A DNA stretch of 64,000 bases from Longimicrobiales bacterium (GTDB taxonomy: Bacteria > Gemmatimonadota > Gemmatimonadetes > Longimicrobiales > Gaopeijiaceae). Shown here one piece after another: positions 40,253 to 52,477 of this stretch. The stretch lies in the NCBI GenBank assembly GCA_965238005.1, contig OZ250165.1, positions 3,680,001 through 3,744,000 of the forward strand, given 5' to 3'. Position 1 is the stretch's first letter, and every line of letters begins with the position of its first letter. Below the pieces are notes generated by a model. That model was not told the DNA's origin and did no database searches. It was given only the letters and a program-made list of their open reading frames with translations. The position numbers were made by a program, and so were the translations under genes.

Positions 40253-40498
40253 ATGCACGCGGTTTTCGTGATGATCAAGTGTGAGCTCGGCAAGTCCTAC
40301 GAGGTGGCCGACTACATCGTGGACAACATCGAGGAGACCGCGGAGGTCTATTCGGTGTCGGGAAAGTACGACCTTCTGGTGAAGTTCTACGTGCGCGAGG
40401 GGGACGACGTGGGTCACTTCATCTGCGATCGGCTCCAGGTGACTCCGCACCTCCGCGACACCTTCACCATCGACACGTTCAACGCGTTCACGAGATAG
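40253..40498 (+). CDS. Stand-alone Lrp/AsnC ligand-binding (RAM) domain protein
   Basis: AVFVMIKCELG..EVYSVSGKYDLLVK; 81 aa with no HTH. Confidence 0.85.
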   Translation: MHAVFVMIKCELGKSYEVADYIVDNIEETAEVYSVSGKYDLLVKFYVREGDDVGHFICDRLQVTPHLRDTFTIDTFNAFTR

Positions 40499-40586
40499 GC
40501 CGAAGGATTCCGGCCGTGGGAGTCCCTAGGGCTCTAGACGGTCGAAGCTGAATACCGAGAGGGAGTGCCTCTCCTAGCTGCCTGTC

Positions 40587-41474
40587 CTAGCTCTCCTGCT
40601 CCAGCTTATCGAACTCCTCGATGAGCTGGGCTTCCTGGATCTGCGGCTCCGCCTCGGCGGATTCCGGCTCGGCGACCCCGTCACCGCCTTCGGGCACAGC
40701 GCTGACGGCGGCGTCGGTGGCTACCGACTCGGCGGGGGCCTCGTCGTCGTCTCCCGACTCCAACTGCTTGGGAGCCTCGGACTCGGGCGCGGCGATCAAG
40801 CCCATCTCCTGCTTGAGGACCAGGAGCCGATCCTCTACGTCGCCGGTGCCTCCACCGGTCTCAAGGAGCTTGAAGTCTTCCTCCAGCGTGCCGGGGCCGA
40901 GGGCCTCGCTCACCTCGGCATAGGCCAGGCTCTGGCGCTCCTGCTCCTCGATCTTTTCGGCCATCCGGTTGAAGGCATCGAAAGCGGACGTGTTGGAGAG
41001 ACCGGACATGGTCTCGTGGATCCGCCTCTGCGCCTGGGCCCGCCGCTGCTTGGCGACTAGGAGGTTCCGCTTCCGCTTGGCCTCTTCGATCTTGTCGTTG
41101 AGCTGCCGGAGCGATCCCTTGAGCGATTCGGTCTCGGCTGCCTGGGCCCGCCAGGTCGTGTCCATGGCCGCGGCACGCTCGGCGTGCTCCCCCTGCCTCA
41201 TGAGGGCCTGCTTGGCCAGCTCGTCCCTGCCCTCCTTCACGGCCAGCATGGCGCGGTGCTCCCACTGGCGGGCCTGCTTCACCTCATCGTCGAGCTGAGA
41301 GCGGAGCTTGCGCTCGTCCGCGATGGCCGCCGCGACTTCGCGCTTGGCCTTCGCGAGCTGATCCCGCATGTCCAGAATGATCTGGTTCAGCATCTTCTCC
41401 GGGTTTTCGGCCCGGGAGATGAGGTCGTTGATGTTCGACTTGATGACCGTCGAAAGCTTGGTGAAGATGCTCAT
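40587..41474 (-). CDS. pspA: PspA/IM30 family protein
   Basis: MSIFTKL..KSNINDLISRAENPEKMLNQ; long coiled coil; AFDAFNRMAEKI. Confidence 0.95.
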   Translation of the reverse strand: MSIFTKLSTVIKSNINDLISRAENPEKMLNQIILDMRDQLAKAKREVAAAIADERKLRSQLDDEVKQARQWEHRAMLAVKEGRDELAKQALMRQGEHAERAAAMDTTWRAQAAETESLKGSLRQLNDKIEEAKRKRNLLVAKQRRAQAQRRIHETMSGLSNTSAFDAFNRMAEKIEEQERQSLAYAEVSEALGPGTLEEDFKLLETGGGTGDVEDRLLVLKQEMGLIAAPESEAPKQLESGDDDEAPAESVATDAAVSAVPEGGDGVAEPESAEAEPQIQEAQLIEEFDKLEQES

Positions 41475-41479
41475 TTGCC

Positions 41480-41911
41480 TCAGCCCTCTCCTTCCGAACC
41501 GCTATCGTCGGACGCATCTGAACCGCCACCATCGACCCCGGCGAGAGATTTGATCTTGCCGAGGTGGCTCGAGGCGGCGTATTGGAGACTCTCGACCGAC
41601 GCTTGTACCTCCTCGTAGTCCAGCGTCTGCAACTCGAGGGTATCGCTGAGGATGATCTCCCCTTCCTCGATGCCGTACGCCCCGTGAACCATGTCCGTAG
41701 CGTTCCATTCGAGGAGCGTCCGATACAGGTCCGTCAGATCCCCTTCGCCCGGAAGGTCCATGACGTTGAGGCGGAGCAGAAGGACAGGCTCCGAGTGGTG
41801 GACCACCACCGCCCCGTTCCCGCCTCGCACGAGAAACATCCCCTCATCCACCTCTTCGTACTCCAGATCCATCCGAATGAGGAAGCTCTCGAGATCCTCT
41901 CGGGTTACCAT
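41480..41911 (-). CDS. CesT/YbjN-like chaperone-fold protein
   Basis: Small acidic protein with LYRTLLEWNATDMVHGAYGIE..IILSDTLELQTLD; 5 nt upstream of pspA. Confidence 0.75.
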   Translation of the reverse strand: MVTREDLESFLIRMDLEYEEVDEGMFLVRGGNGAVVVHHSEPVLLLRLNVMDLPGEGDLTDLYRTLLEWNATDMVHGAYGIEEGEIILSDTLELQTLDYEEVQASVESLQYAASSHLGKIKSLAGVDGGGSDASDDSGSEGEG

Positions 41912-42103
41912 GATCGACTCCGTGGTTCGGGCGACCGGAGCACCGGCCGCCGGCAAATTGTAGCTGGACCCCTCGGACGAGGGGCGGTTATCCCTACGGT
42001 CTATCGGATGACGCTGTTTCTTAGACGCTTAAAGCGGTCAAAAGGGTCGCATGAGGTGAGATTGTTAGTTTAACACGAACGGCCATCCCGCCGCGACTCC
42101 TCC

Positions 42104-42150
42104 GTTCCCCGGGTAGTGGGTCAGTTAAACTGACCCACTACCGTTCCCCG
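42104..42150. mobile_element. 31-bp head-to-head IS termini flanked by an 8-bp direct repeat
   Basis: GTTCCCCG | GGTAGTGGGTCAGTT-A-AACTGACCCACTACC | GTTCCCCG. Confidence 0.85.
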
Positions 42151-42210
42151 TACGCCTCGAATGCAAGCGTACTTATTGTACGGCTGCACTAACCACGGTC
42201 CTCGCCGACG

Positions 42211-45096
<2,886 letters not shown>

Positions 45097-45204
45097 AGCC
45101 TTTTAGGATACCGAAGACGCGGCTTCCGCTCAAAGGTGGGGGTCGGAAGCGTGAACTCCGGGAAAGGGGCGCCGGCTGAAACCCCGCCTAACCCGCTCCA
45201 GCCC

Positions 45205-46059
45205 CTACCTTCCGGCCTCGGCGGCCTGGGTCCGCAGCGCGGCCACACGCTCGTCGGTAGGCGGATGCGTGCGGAAGAGCCCCGTGAGCCCGGGCCTGCG
45301 CGCCCCGGCCAACGGGTTCACGATGGCCAGCTGGGCAGCGGCGGGGTTCACCCGCATGGGGATCTGGAGGGCGTGCTGCTCCAGGCGTTGGAGCGCTCCC
45401 GCGAGGGCCATCGGATCGCCGACGATCTCGCCGCCGGTCCGGTCCGCCTGGAACTCGTTGGAGCGGCTGATGGCGAATTGGATGATCATGGCGCCGATGG
45501 GAGCCAGGATGGCCATGAGCAGAACAGCGAACGGGTTGTTGTCGTTGTCGCGACCACCGCCCAGGATCATGCCCCAGCGGGCCACGCTCCCGAGCATGGC
45601 TACGGCGCCCGCCATGGTCGCCGCCAGGGTGCTCACCAGCATATGCCGGTGCTTGATGTGCGCCAGCTCGTGGGCCGTGACACCCTCCAGCTCACTGGCC
45701 GGCAGAGCCTGCAGGATCCCTCTCGTGAAGCAGACGGCGGCGGTCTCGGGGCCACGCCCCGTGGCGAAGGCGTTGGGCTGATCCTGTGGCGACACCGCCA
45801 CCCTGGGCATGGGAAGCCCAGCTCTCTGCCTCAGCCGATCCACCATCTGGTAAAGCTCGGGCGCATCGTCGGGGCCGATGATTTGGGCCTTGTACATGCG
45901 GAGGACGGCACGGTCGCTGAACCAGTACACGCCCAGGTTCATGACCGCGGCGATGCCGAGGAACAGCATCGCGCCGCTCTGTCCACCCAGATATTGCCCG
46001 AAAAGCATCAGGAGAGCGGTGAGCCCTGCCATCAGCATGAAAACCTTCATCTGTCGCAT
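45205..46059 (-). CDS. htpX: Zinc metalloprotease HtpX
   Basis: PNAFATG, HELAH, SRSNEFQAD, THPP. Confidence 0.95.
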   Translation of the reverse strand: MRQMKVFMLMAGLTALLMLFGQYLGGQSGAMLFLGIAAVMNLGVYWFSDRAVLRMYKAQIIGPDDAPELYQMVDRLRQRAGLPMPRVAVSPQDQPNAFATGRGPETAAVCFTRGILQALPASELEGVTAHELAHIKHRHMLVSTLAATMAGAVAMLGSVARWGMILGGGRDNDNNPFAVLLMAILAPIGAMIIQFAISRSNEFQADRTGGEIVGDPMALAGALQRLEQHALQIPMRVNPAAAQLAIVNPLAGARRPGLTGLFRTHPPTDERVAALRTQAAEAGR

Positions 46060-46167
46060 TACGGGAAGCTCCTGCGATCGGTGTGTTTCGACGGGTAGGG
46101 CTCATACCCTAGATCGGGACCGAGGGTGCCGCCACGGCGCTGATTGACCGACTCGGCGCCGCAGAGC

Positions 46168-47645
46168 TCACCGCTGTTTCGGTTCGAGAGTGAAACGTAA
46201 GATCGCCCCCTCTCCTAGGATGCCCTGGGCCCACACTCGTCCGCCGTGGCGACGCACGATTCGCTCCACGGTGGCCAGCCCGAGTCCGCTCCCCGCGAAC
46301 TCCACCTTGGTATGGAGCCGCTCGAAGGCTCGGAAGATTCGCTCACGGTCGGCGTTGTCGAAGCCGATCCCATTGTCTCGGACGTGGTAGGTCGGGACAT
46401 CACTCTCGTCCTCGTTCGGCGTCCAGCTCGATCCGAGCGTCATCGTTAGGACCGGTGTACTTCCATGCGTTCTGGAGCAGGTTAGTCAGGAGAATCCTCA
46501 AAAGCGTTTTGTCCCCAAAGGCCGTGATTCCCGGCTCCGCCTCGAACCTCACTTCGCGGTCCGGGACCAAAGCCCTCAAATCGGCGATGATCTCGTGACC
46601 CAACGATGACAAGTCGACTTCCTCTTGACTGATCTCGCCGCGGTTCACGTCAGCGAGGTCGCGAAGGTCGTCGATGATATGCGTCATGTGCCGGCCCGCG
46701 GCCCGAATGCGCCGTAAGTAGTCTTGCTGCTGTTCATCGAGAGAGTCGCCAACCGCTTCGTCGAGGTACTCGCTGAACTGGGTCACGCTCAGCAAGGGGA
46801 TCTTCAGGTCGTGCGTTACTGAGTCGCTGAACGCCTCTAACTCCCGGTTCGCCGCTTCGAGTGCCGCAACCGACCGCTCATGGTGTTGCTCGATTTGCTT
46901 TCGATCGGTCGTATCGCGCACCTCCACCAGGACCCCCGACACTGAGCCGTCGGCCTCGAAGAACGGGTCGTACCGCACATCGACGTGCCGACGGCCACGA
47001 CTTGGCGAGTTCCACCAGAAGTCGAAGGTCACCCGCTCACCCAATAGGCAGCGATCCAAGTGGGGCTTCAGCGTCGTTTCAAAAGCCTTCTCTCCAAACA
47101 CTTCGGCTACGGTGTGCCCAAGAATCTCCTCCTGAGTCCGCCGGTGTTCATCACGGTAGACTTGGTTCACTGCCCGATACGTATACGTAGCATCAACAAA
47201 CACCATGAGATCGCTACTAGCGGTGACCATGGACTTATACCATTGAAGTGTCTTCTCCGTCCGGTCTAGCTCCCGCACTCGTGACGTGGCGTTCTCGCCG
47301 GTGATCAAGAGCTTGCTCTCGTCCAACGGTATTACGCACCCGGAGAACACGCCTGGCGGGACCTCGGCATCTTCGTATGCTACCTCGCCGAAATCGACTA
47401 TCTGCTGGTTTGCGAGCGCCTGCTCGTAGGTATCAAGATCTCCCACGGTGCGAAGTCCAGGGAACACGTCCGCGATGTTCCGACCGATGACGTCTTCCTC
47501 TCGGACACTTCGCCATGCGGCGCTCTTCCGAGCCGCCGAGTTGACGTCCAGGATGTAGAACTCTCCTGGCCCTCGGCGCTCGAGGATCAGGCCCGCAAAG
47601 GGAGAATTGTGGAACGCCGCTTGGTGGGCGGGGGGGGGGGGGCAT
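46168..47645 (-). pseudogene. PAS-PAS sensor histidine kinase with two +1 frameshifts
   Basis: H-box VTHDLKIPL and N-box [10 protein letters not shown] lie in ORF 46400-47467. DNGIGF and GSGLGLA lie in ORF 46168-46443. An N-terminal PAS segment is open back to a C13 tract after ATG 47645. Confidence 0.85.
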
Positions 47646-47894
47646 GGCCGGTGGCTCCAACCGGATCAACGAGACTTCTCTTGAGCCTCAATGGCTGCGC
47701 TGCATTGTGCAGCCTACGCAGTCAAAGCGCTACCGCGGGCCGACCAAATCTGACACCAAGCGGTATCCCGCCCTGCTCAGCGAAGGGGCGCCGCGTCCAA
47801 CCGGATCGCTTGCGCCCGTGGCCCCTAAACCACCGAGTGCGTGTCGAGGCTTGAAGCTCGCAGGTCGGCGAGAGCTTTCTGTGCAGCGCACTAC

Positions 47895-47941
47895 ACTAGT
47901 ACGCCCACTCGACTAGTACGCCCACTTAGTACGCCCACTCG
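47895..47941. repeat. Triplicated tamB 3' end (tagtacgcccact x3)
   Basis: actagtacgcccactcg / actagtacgcccact / tagtacgcccactcg. Confidence 0.9.
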
Positions 47942-50900
47942 CGGAAGATGAACAGGCCGAGCCCCTTCTCGTTCTGGATGCCCAGCTCGTTGAAGCCCAC
48001 CACCCGGCCCCTGAAGAAGCGATCCTCGAAGAAGGATTCGATGGTGTAGGCGTTGGAGGCCACCCACTCGAAGCGGATGCCGGCGAACTGGCTCCCGGCG
48101 CCCTGGTTGGCCAGCGGCCTGAGGAGCAGAGTGACGAAGAAGTCGTCGGCCAGGTAGAAGCCCGTCTCCACGACGGTCGTGCCCAGCGTTCCTCGAAGGC
48201 TGGCGTCACCCAGAGCTCCGAGGTCCTGCTGCGTGATGGACAGGTAGTCCACGCCCAGCTCCTGGGCGACCGCCGATCCGAGGCGGTTGCTGAACGTGCT
48301 GAGACCCAGTGTCACGCCCGAGCCCAGGAGGGCACCGGCGGCCCCCAGAGCCTGAGTCTGGCCCGAGGTCAGGGCGTAGGTGGGCCGGCCGAAGTAGAGG
48401 TAGCTGAGGAGGTCGTCTTCGGTGACGCCCGCCCGGTCGCTGGTGAGGCCGATCCGAGGCGAGACCAGAGTGCCCGTGACGGCGGCCGTGATGGTGAAGC
48501 GATCTCCCTGGGCGGAGCGAACGCGATTGCTCGCCTGGATGTTCAGATCGGGGTTGATGCCGGGTGTCCCGAGGAAGCGCAGGGTGCCCCCGTCCACCTG
48601 GAACTGTCTCCCGAAGGCCCCGTACGATCCGCGCACCGCCTCAAGCGTGCCCACCATGGCCAGGTCCTGCGTGAGGCGGTCGTAGAGCACCTGGAGCTCG
48701 CCGTCGAGCTCCACGTCCATGTGGTCGCTGCGGATCCAGCTGTTGCGCTGCACCGTCAGGGTCATGTTCTCCATGCGGATGTTCCGCAGGAAGGGATTCT
48801 GTCCGGCCAGGAGCGGACGGAGGTCCACTACCGAGGTATCCACCACCTCGTAGAACGCGGGATCCGAAAGATCCACGATCTCGGCGGCGCGCTGGAATTC
48901 CTCCACGAACAGCGTCCCCTCGTCCACCCGGAGATCGCCGGAGACCACGGGGCGCCGGTACGACCCTTCCACCCGGAAGTCCCCGCTCAGGCGGCCGGTG
49001 ACGTCCCGGCGGTCCATCCCCTGGAAGGCGTCGAGACTCACCGACAGGTCGAAGCCCGGATCGGAAGCCGGTGCCAGGGTCACGGTCCCCTGCACATTGG
49101 CCGTTCCCAAAGCCCGGACGCTGCCGTCCACCTCCACCCGACCGTCGGGGAACCAGTCCAGCGTCCCGTTCAGATCCTGGTGACGGACCCCGAGGCCCCG
49201 GAGGAAGGCGCCACCCTCGGACACGGTGAGCTGGCCGCTGGGGGCCAGGCTCTCCGTCGTGCCTCCCAGCTGGACGCGCCCGGACAGGGTGCCCTCCACT
49301 TCCTGGTAGCTCTCGAACGGCGCCATGAGCAGAGAGAGCGGCAGCTGCTGTGAGGCGACCACGAGATCGATGCGCTCGTCAGGGATCCGATCCGGCACGG
49401 CGTGGAAGGCCAGATCCAGGGGCAGCTCCCCGCTCACCGTCAGGACCTGCACCGAATCCTTCCACAGCTCGATCCCACCCATGGCGGTCCGGTTCCCGTA
49501 GTCCCAGGCCCCCACGAGCCGGTCGAACTCGTACTCCCGGAAGCGGAAGTCCGCCGTGGAGAGCGACCCCGACATAACTGGCTCGACGTCGATTCCGGTG
49601 ACCTCGAGCTCCACGTCCACCACCCCCTCCAGGCGCTCGCTCATCTGAAGCACGTGGGCGATGCGGCTGACGTCGAGACCCTCAACGCTCAACTCGAAGT
49701 CGGCTTCACCCTGGAACGGCAGGCGCCCGTGGGCCCGGAGGCGCATACCTCCGATCCCGGGACGGATCACCCGCAGGCCCCGGAAGGTGAGCCCGTCCGG
49801 ATCCCACGAGATGGTGGCCGGACCTCCCAGGTTCCACCGCTCGTCGGGGAAGCGCAGCACCAGCTCGTCGAGGTGGAGGGTCCGTACCGCGTCTTCCAGC
49901 TCGAACGCGACCCTGGCCTGGTAGCTCTCGTCCTCGGCCTTCACGATGAGCAGGTTCACGCGGCCTCGGGGCTCCTGGTACTCCAGGCGCACGGAGATGG
50001 AGTCGAAGGCCCGGGCGAGGAAGCGAACCTCGTCCCCGTCGATCTGTGCCTCGATTTCCCGCTCCGGCGAGAACAGGCCGTTGGCCGAGAACGTAGCGGC
50101 GGCGTCTCCCAACCGGCTGTCCCCATAGCGGCCATCCTCCAGACGAGCCTGCCCCGAGACGTCGAGGTCCTCCAGGGAACCGGCCAGCGTGAGGTCCCCG
50201 TCCAGGCGCCCCGCCACGAAGACCTGCGCCAGCGTGGGCAGGGTGTCGACATCGATGTCTTCCAGAGCCAGGATGCTGAGCTCGAGGGCCGAGAGGGTGT
50301 CCCTGGCGATGACGTTGGGTCCCAGGAGCAGGGGCCGAAGTCCCTCCAGGTTCTCGGTATCGAATCGGACGTGGAGCTCCTCGGTGGATTCGCTGCCGGT
50401 CAGGGCGAGCCGCCCCGCTCCCTCCACCGCTACACCACCGATGACGCTCTGGACGGTGTCCACGGTGAGGACGCCTTTGGAGATCCGGAGCTGGACCGCC
50501 GCCGTGTCCACCTCGAGATGGGCGAAGCGCGAGGCCGTCAGCTGCACGTCACCCGACAGCTCGGCGGTTCTGAGATCGCCTCCCTCCCCACGGAGATCCA
50601 GGGACCCGGAGAAGACCGTGCCTTCCGGAAGTGCGGGCAGCACCTCCCGAACGTCGAAGTCACGGGCTTCGCCCAGGAGGCGATAGGACGTCAGGGGCGA
50701 TCGTACGTCGAAACGACTCTCCAGCGTGAGCTCGCCTCCGCCCGTTACCAGGTCCGTCCTCAGGGCCACGGCCGAGAGGGGACCCTCGGCGTGGACGGTC
50801 CCCCGCACCACACCCAGCCGAGAAAGGGGCGACTCCTCCCCGAACAGTCCGGTGATGGAGAGCGGCCTCAGATCTCCGTCCAAGAACACGAACACCTCGC

Positions 50901-52476
50901 CCTCCACGTCCGTCAGGCTGCCCTCGACGGAGATGTGGGAATCCTCCGAATCCGGGTTGGGATAGGTAGCGTCCAGCACAACCCGCACGCCCTCGTCCAG
51001 GCGACCGTCTGCCCTGAGGTCGAGGCTCATGGCCCCGGCCAGGCGAAGTCCCTCCGCGAAGCGGTTCGCCAGGCTGAGGTCGATGGGCGTGAACCGCGCG
51101 TGCAGGTCGGTGGCGCCCACGGGCCCGTGGAGGTGCAGGACACCTTCGATCTCCCCACCCGAGGGTCCCGCACCCGGCTCCAGGAGGGCCACCCGCCCCG
51201 TCACGGCCAGGGCGTCCATGGTGCCGGAAAGGCCCAGGTACCCGTGGATCTTCCCGTCCAGCGGCGGCGTCCACGGAAGCAAGTCGGCCAGAAAGGAGAC
51301 CGGGATCCCCGAGACCTCTACCGACACGTCCTCCAGGAATGCCTCCCCTCCTCGGGGCCGGCTGAACACACCGTCCCCGACGAACTCACCACCCTCCACA
51401 TCGAAGCGTGCCCCGGACCAGCGGACCTGGAGCCCGTCCGGGCCTAGCTTCACCCCGATCCCCGCACTCCCCTGCGCGGCGGGGAGGCTCGGCTGCAGCC
51501 ACCGCAGGTCTGCCATGTCGAGGCGGGTGGCCACGAAGTCCAGCGTCAGCTCAGGCGGCGACCCCTCAATGAGATCGACGGTGGCAAGCCCGCTGGCCTC
51601 CGTCCCCGGAAGCCTGAGGCGCTCAGCGGTGACCGTGATGCGGTCATGGAGCCACTCCACCCGTCCACCGAACTCCTGGACCCGGACCGGGTCCCGGAAG
51701 ACCTCACCCTCCATGGTGAACCCACCCACATCCACCCGCAGGCCCTCCACTTCGGGATCTATGATGGAGAGCCGAGCCAGGTGGGCGTCGATCGCGCGGA
51801 ATCCGAGGCTCCGCATGAGCCCTTCCCCGTCGGGTGCGGGCACCGTGACGATGCGCGACTCGGGTGCGGGTGCCGAGGAGAGAGGGTAACGCACGTCGAG
51901 GCTGCCCTCGTAGATGGTCACGTCTTCCAGCACCAACCGCCTGTCACCTTCCGGCTCCGCCTCCCCGGCGACCCGCTCCGCGCTGGCCACCTCTTCGGTT
52001 GCCCCCTCCTCGGTTGCCGCCTCCTCACCGGCACGCTCCTGGGATGGGGCTTCCACGCTGCCGGCCTGTTTGCCCGCCAAGAACGCGGATACGTTGAAGC
52101 GTTCCCCTTGGCGGGGGCGCGTGATGGTGAAGGTGGGCCGCCACAGGGTGACGCCCGACAGGAGGACGTCACCCCTCAGGATGCTGCCGACCGAGTACTC
52201 CGCCTCCAGCGAGTCCACCACGAGTAGGGGACTGCCGTCGGGCGCGATGACCTGGACCCCCACCAGCTTTGCCCCTCTGTGGAGGCCGGTGGAGCGGATC
52301 CCCGACACCAGGATCTCACCGTTCACCGCGCCCTCCACCCGCTGCAGCACCGCCTCGAGCACGAGAGCCTGTCCAACACTGGTGCGCGTCAGGAGGAAGA
52401 ACGTCGACAGGGCACCGGCCCCTACGGCCAACAGGACGATGGCAGCGAGCCTCACGGACTTCCGCACCCGTCCCAT
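47926..52476 (-). CDS. tamB: Translocation and assembly module TamB-like protein
   Basis: 1516 aa with an N-terminal TM anchor, beta-rich repeats and a DUF490-like C-terminus (GTPGINPDLNIQA..LLSYLYFG); adjacent to an Omp85 gene. Confidence 0.88.
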   Translation of the reverse strand: MGRVRKSVRLAAIVLLAVGAGALSTFFLLTRTSVGQALVLEAVLQRVEGAVNGEILVSGIRSTGLHRGAKLVGVQVIAPDGSPLLVVDSLEAEYSVGSILRGDVLLSGVTLWRPTFTITRPRQGERFNVSAFLAGKQAGSVEAPSQERAGEEAATEEGATEEVASAERVAGEAEPEGDRRLVLEDVTIYEGSLDVRYPLSSAPAPESRIVTVPAPDGEGLMRSLGFRAIDAHLARLSIIDPEVEGLRVDVGGFTMEGEVFRDPVRVQEFGGRVEWLHDRITVTAERLRLPGTEASGLATVDLIEGSPPELTLDFVATRLDMADLRWLQPSLPAAQGSAGIGVKLGPDGLQVRWSGARFDVEGGEFVGDGVFSRPRGGEAFLEDVSVEVSGIPVSFLADLLPWTPPLDGKIHGYLGLSGTMDALAVTGRVALLEPGAGPSGGEIEGVLHLHGPVGATDLHARFTPIDLSLANRFAEGLRLAGAMSLDLRADGRLDEGVRVVLDATYPNPDSEDSHISVEGSLTDVEGEVFVFLDGDLRPLSITGLFGEESPLSRLGVVRGTVHAEGPLSAVALRTDLVTGGGELTLESRFDVRSPLTSYRLLGEARDFDVREVLPALPEGTVFSGSLDLRGEGGDLRTAELSGDVQLTASRFAHLEVDTAAVQLRISKGVLTVDTVQSVIGGVAVEGAGRLALTGSESTEELHVRFDTENLEGLRPLLLGPNVIARDTLSALELSILALEDIDVDTLPTLAQVFVAGRLDGDLTLAGSLEDLDVSGQARLEDGRYGDSRLGDAAATFSANGLFSPEREIEAQIDGDEVRFLARAFDSISVRLEYQEPRGRVNLLIVKAEDESYQARVAFELEDAVRTLHLDELVLRFPDERWNLGGPATISWDPDGLTFRGLRVIRPGIGGMRLRAHGRLPFQGEADFELSVEGLDVSRIAHVLQMSERLEGVVDVELEVTGIDVEPVMSGSLSTADFRFREYEFDRLVGAWDYGNRTAMGGIELWKDSVQVLTVSGELPLDLAFHAVPDRIPDERIDLVVASQQLPLSLLMAPFESYQEVEGTLSGRVQLGGTTESLAPSGQLTVSEGGAFLRGLGVRHQDLNGTLDWFPDGRVEVDGSVRALGTANVQGTVTLAPASDPGFDLSVSLDAFQGMDRRDVTGRLSGDFRVEGSYRRPVVSGDLRVDEGTLFVEEFQRAAEIVDLSDPAFYEVVDTSVVDLRPLLAGQNPFLRNIRMENMTLTVQRNSWIRSDHMDVELDGELQVLYDRLTQDLAMVGTLEAVRGSYGAFGRQFQVDGGTLRFLGTPGINPDLNIQASNRVRSAQGDRFTITAAVTGTLVSPRIGLTSDRAGVTEDDLLSYLYFGRPTYALTSGQTQALGAAGALLGSGVTLGLSTFSNRLGSAVAQELGVDYLSITQQDLGALGDASLRGTLGTTVVETGFYLADDFFVTLLLRPLANQGAGSQFAGIRFEWVASNAYTIESFFEDRFFRGRVVGFNELGIQNEKGLGLFIFREWAY

Positions 52477-52477
52477 C

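Noticed and set aside
42063..42182. Short palindromes TGTTA-N3-TAACA and CGTAC-N5-GTACG as operators for the pspA unit
   Set aside because: Five-bp arms are expected by chance, and neither is repeated elsewhere that I could see.
45097..45204. LexA box upstream of uvrA
   Set aside because: No convincing match to SOS-box consensuses I know; only a GCTTCCG/CGGAAGC hairpin is present.
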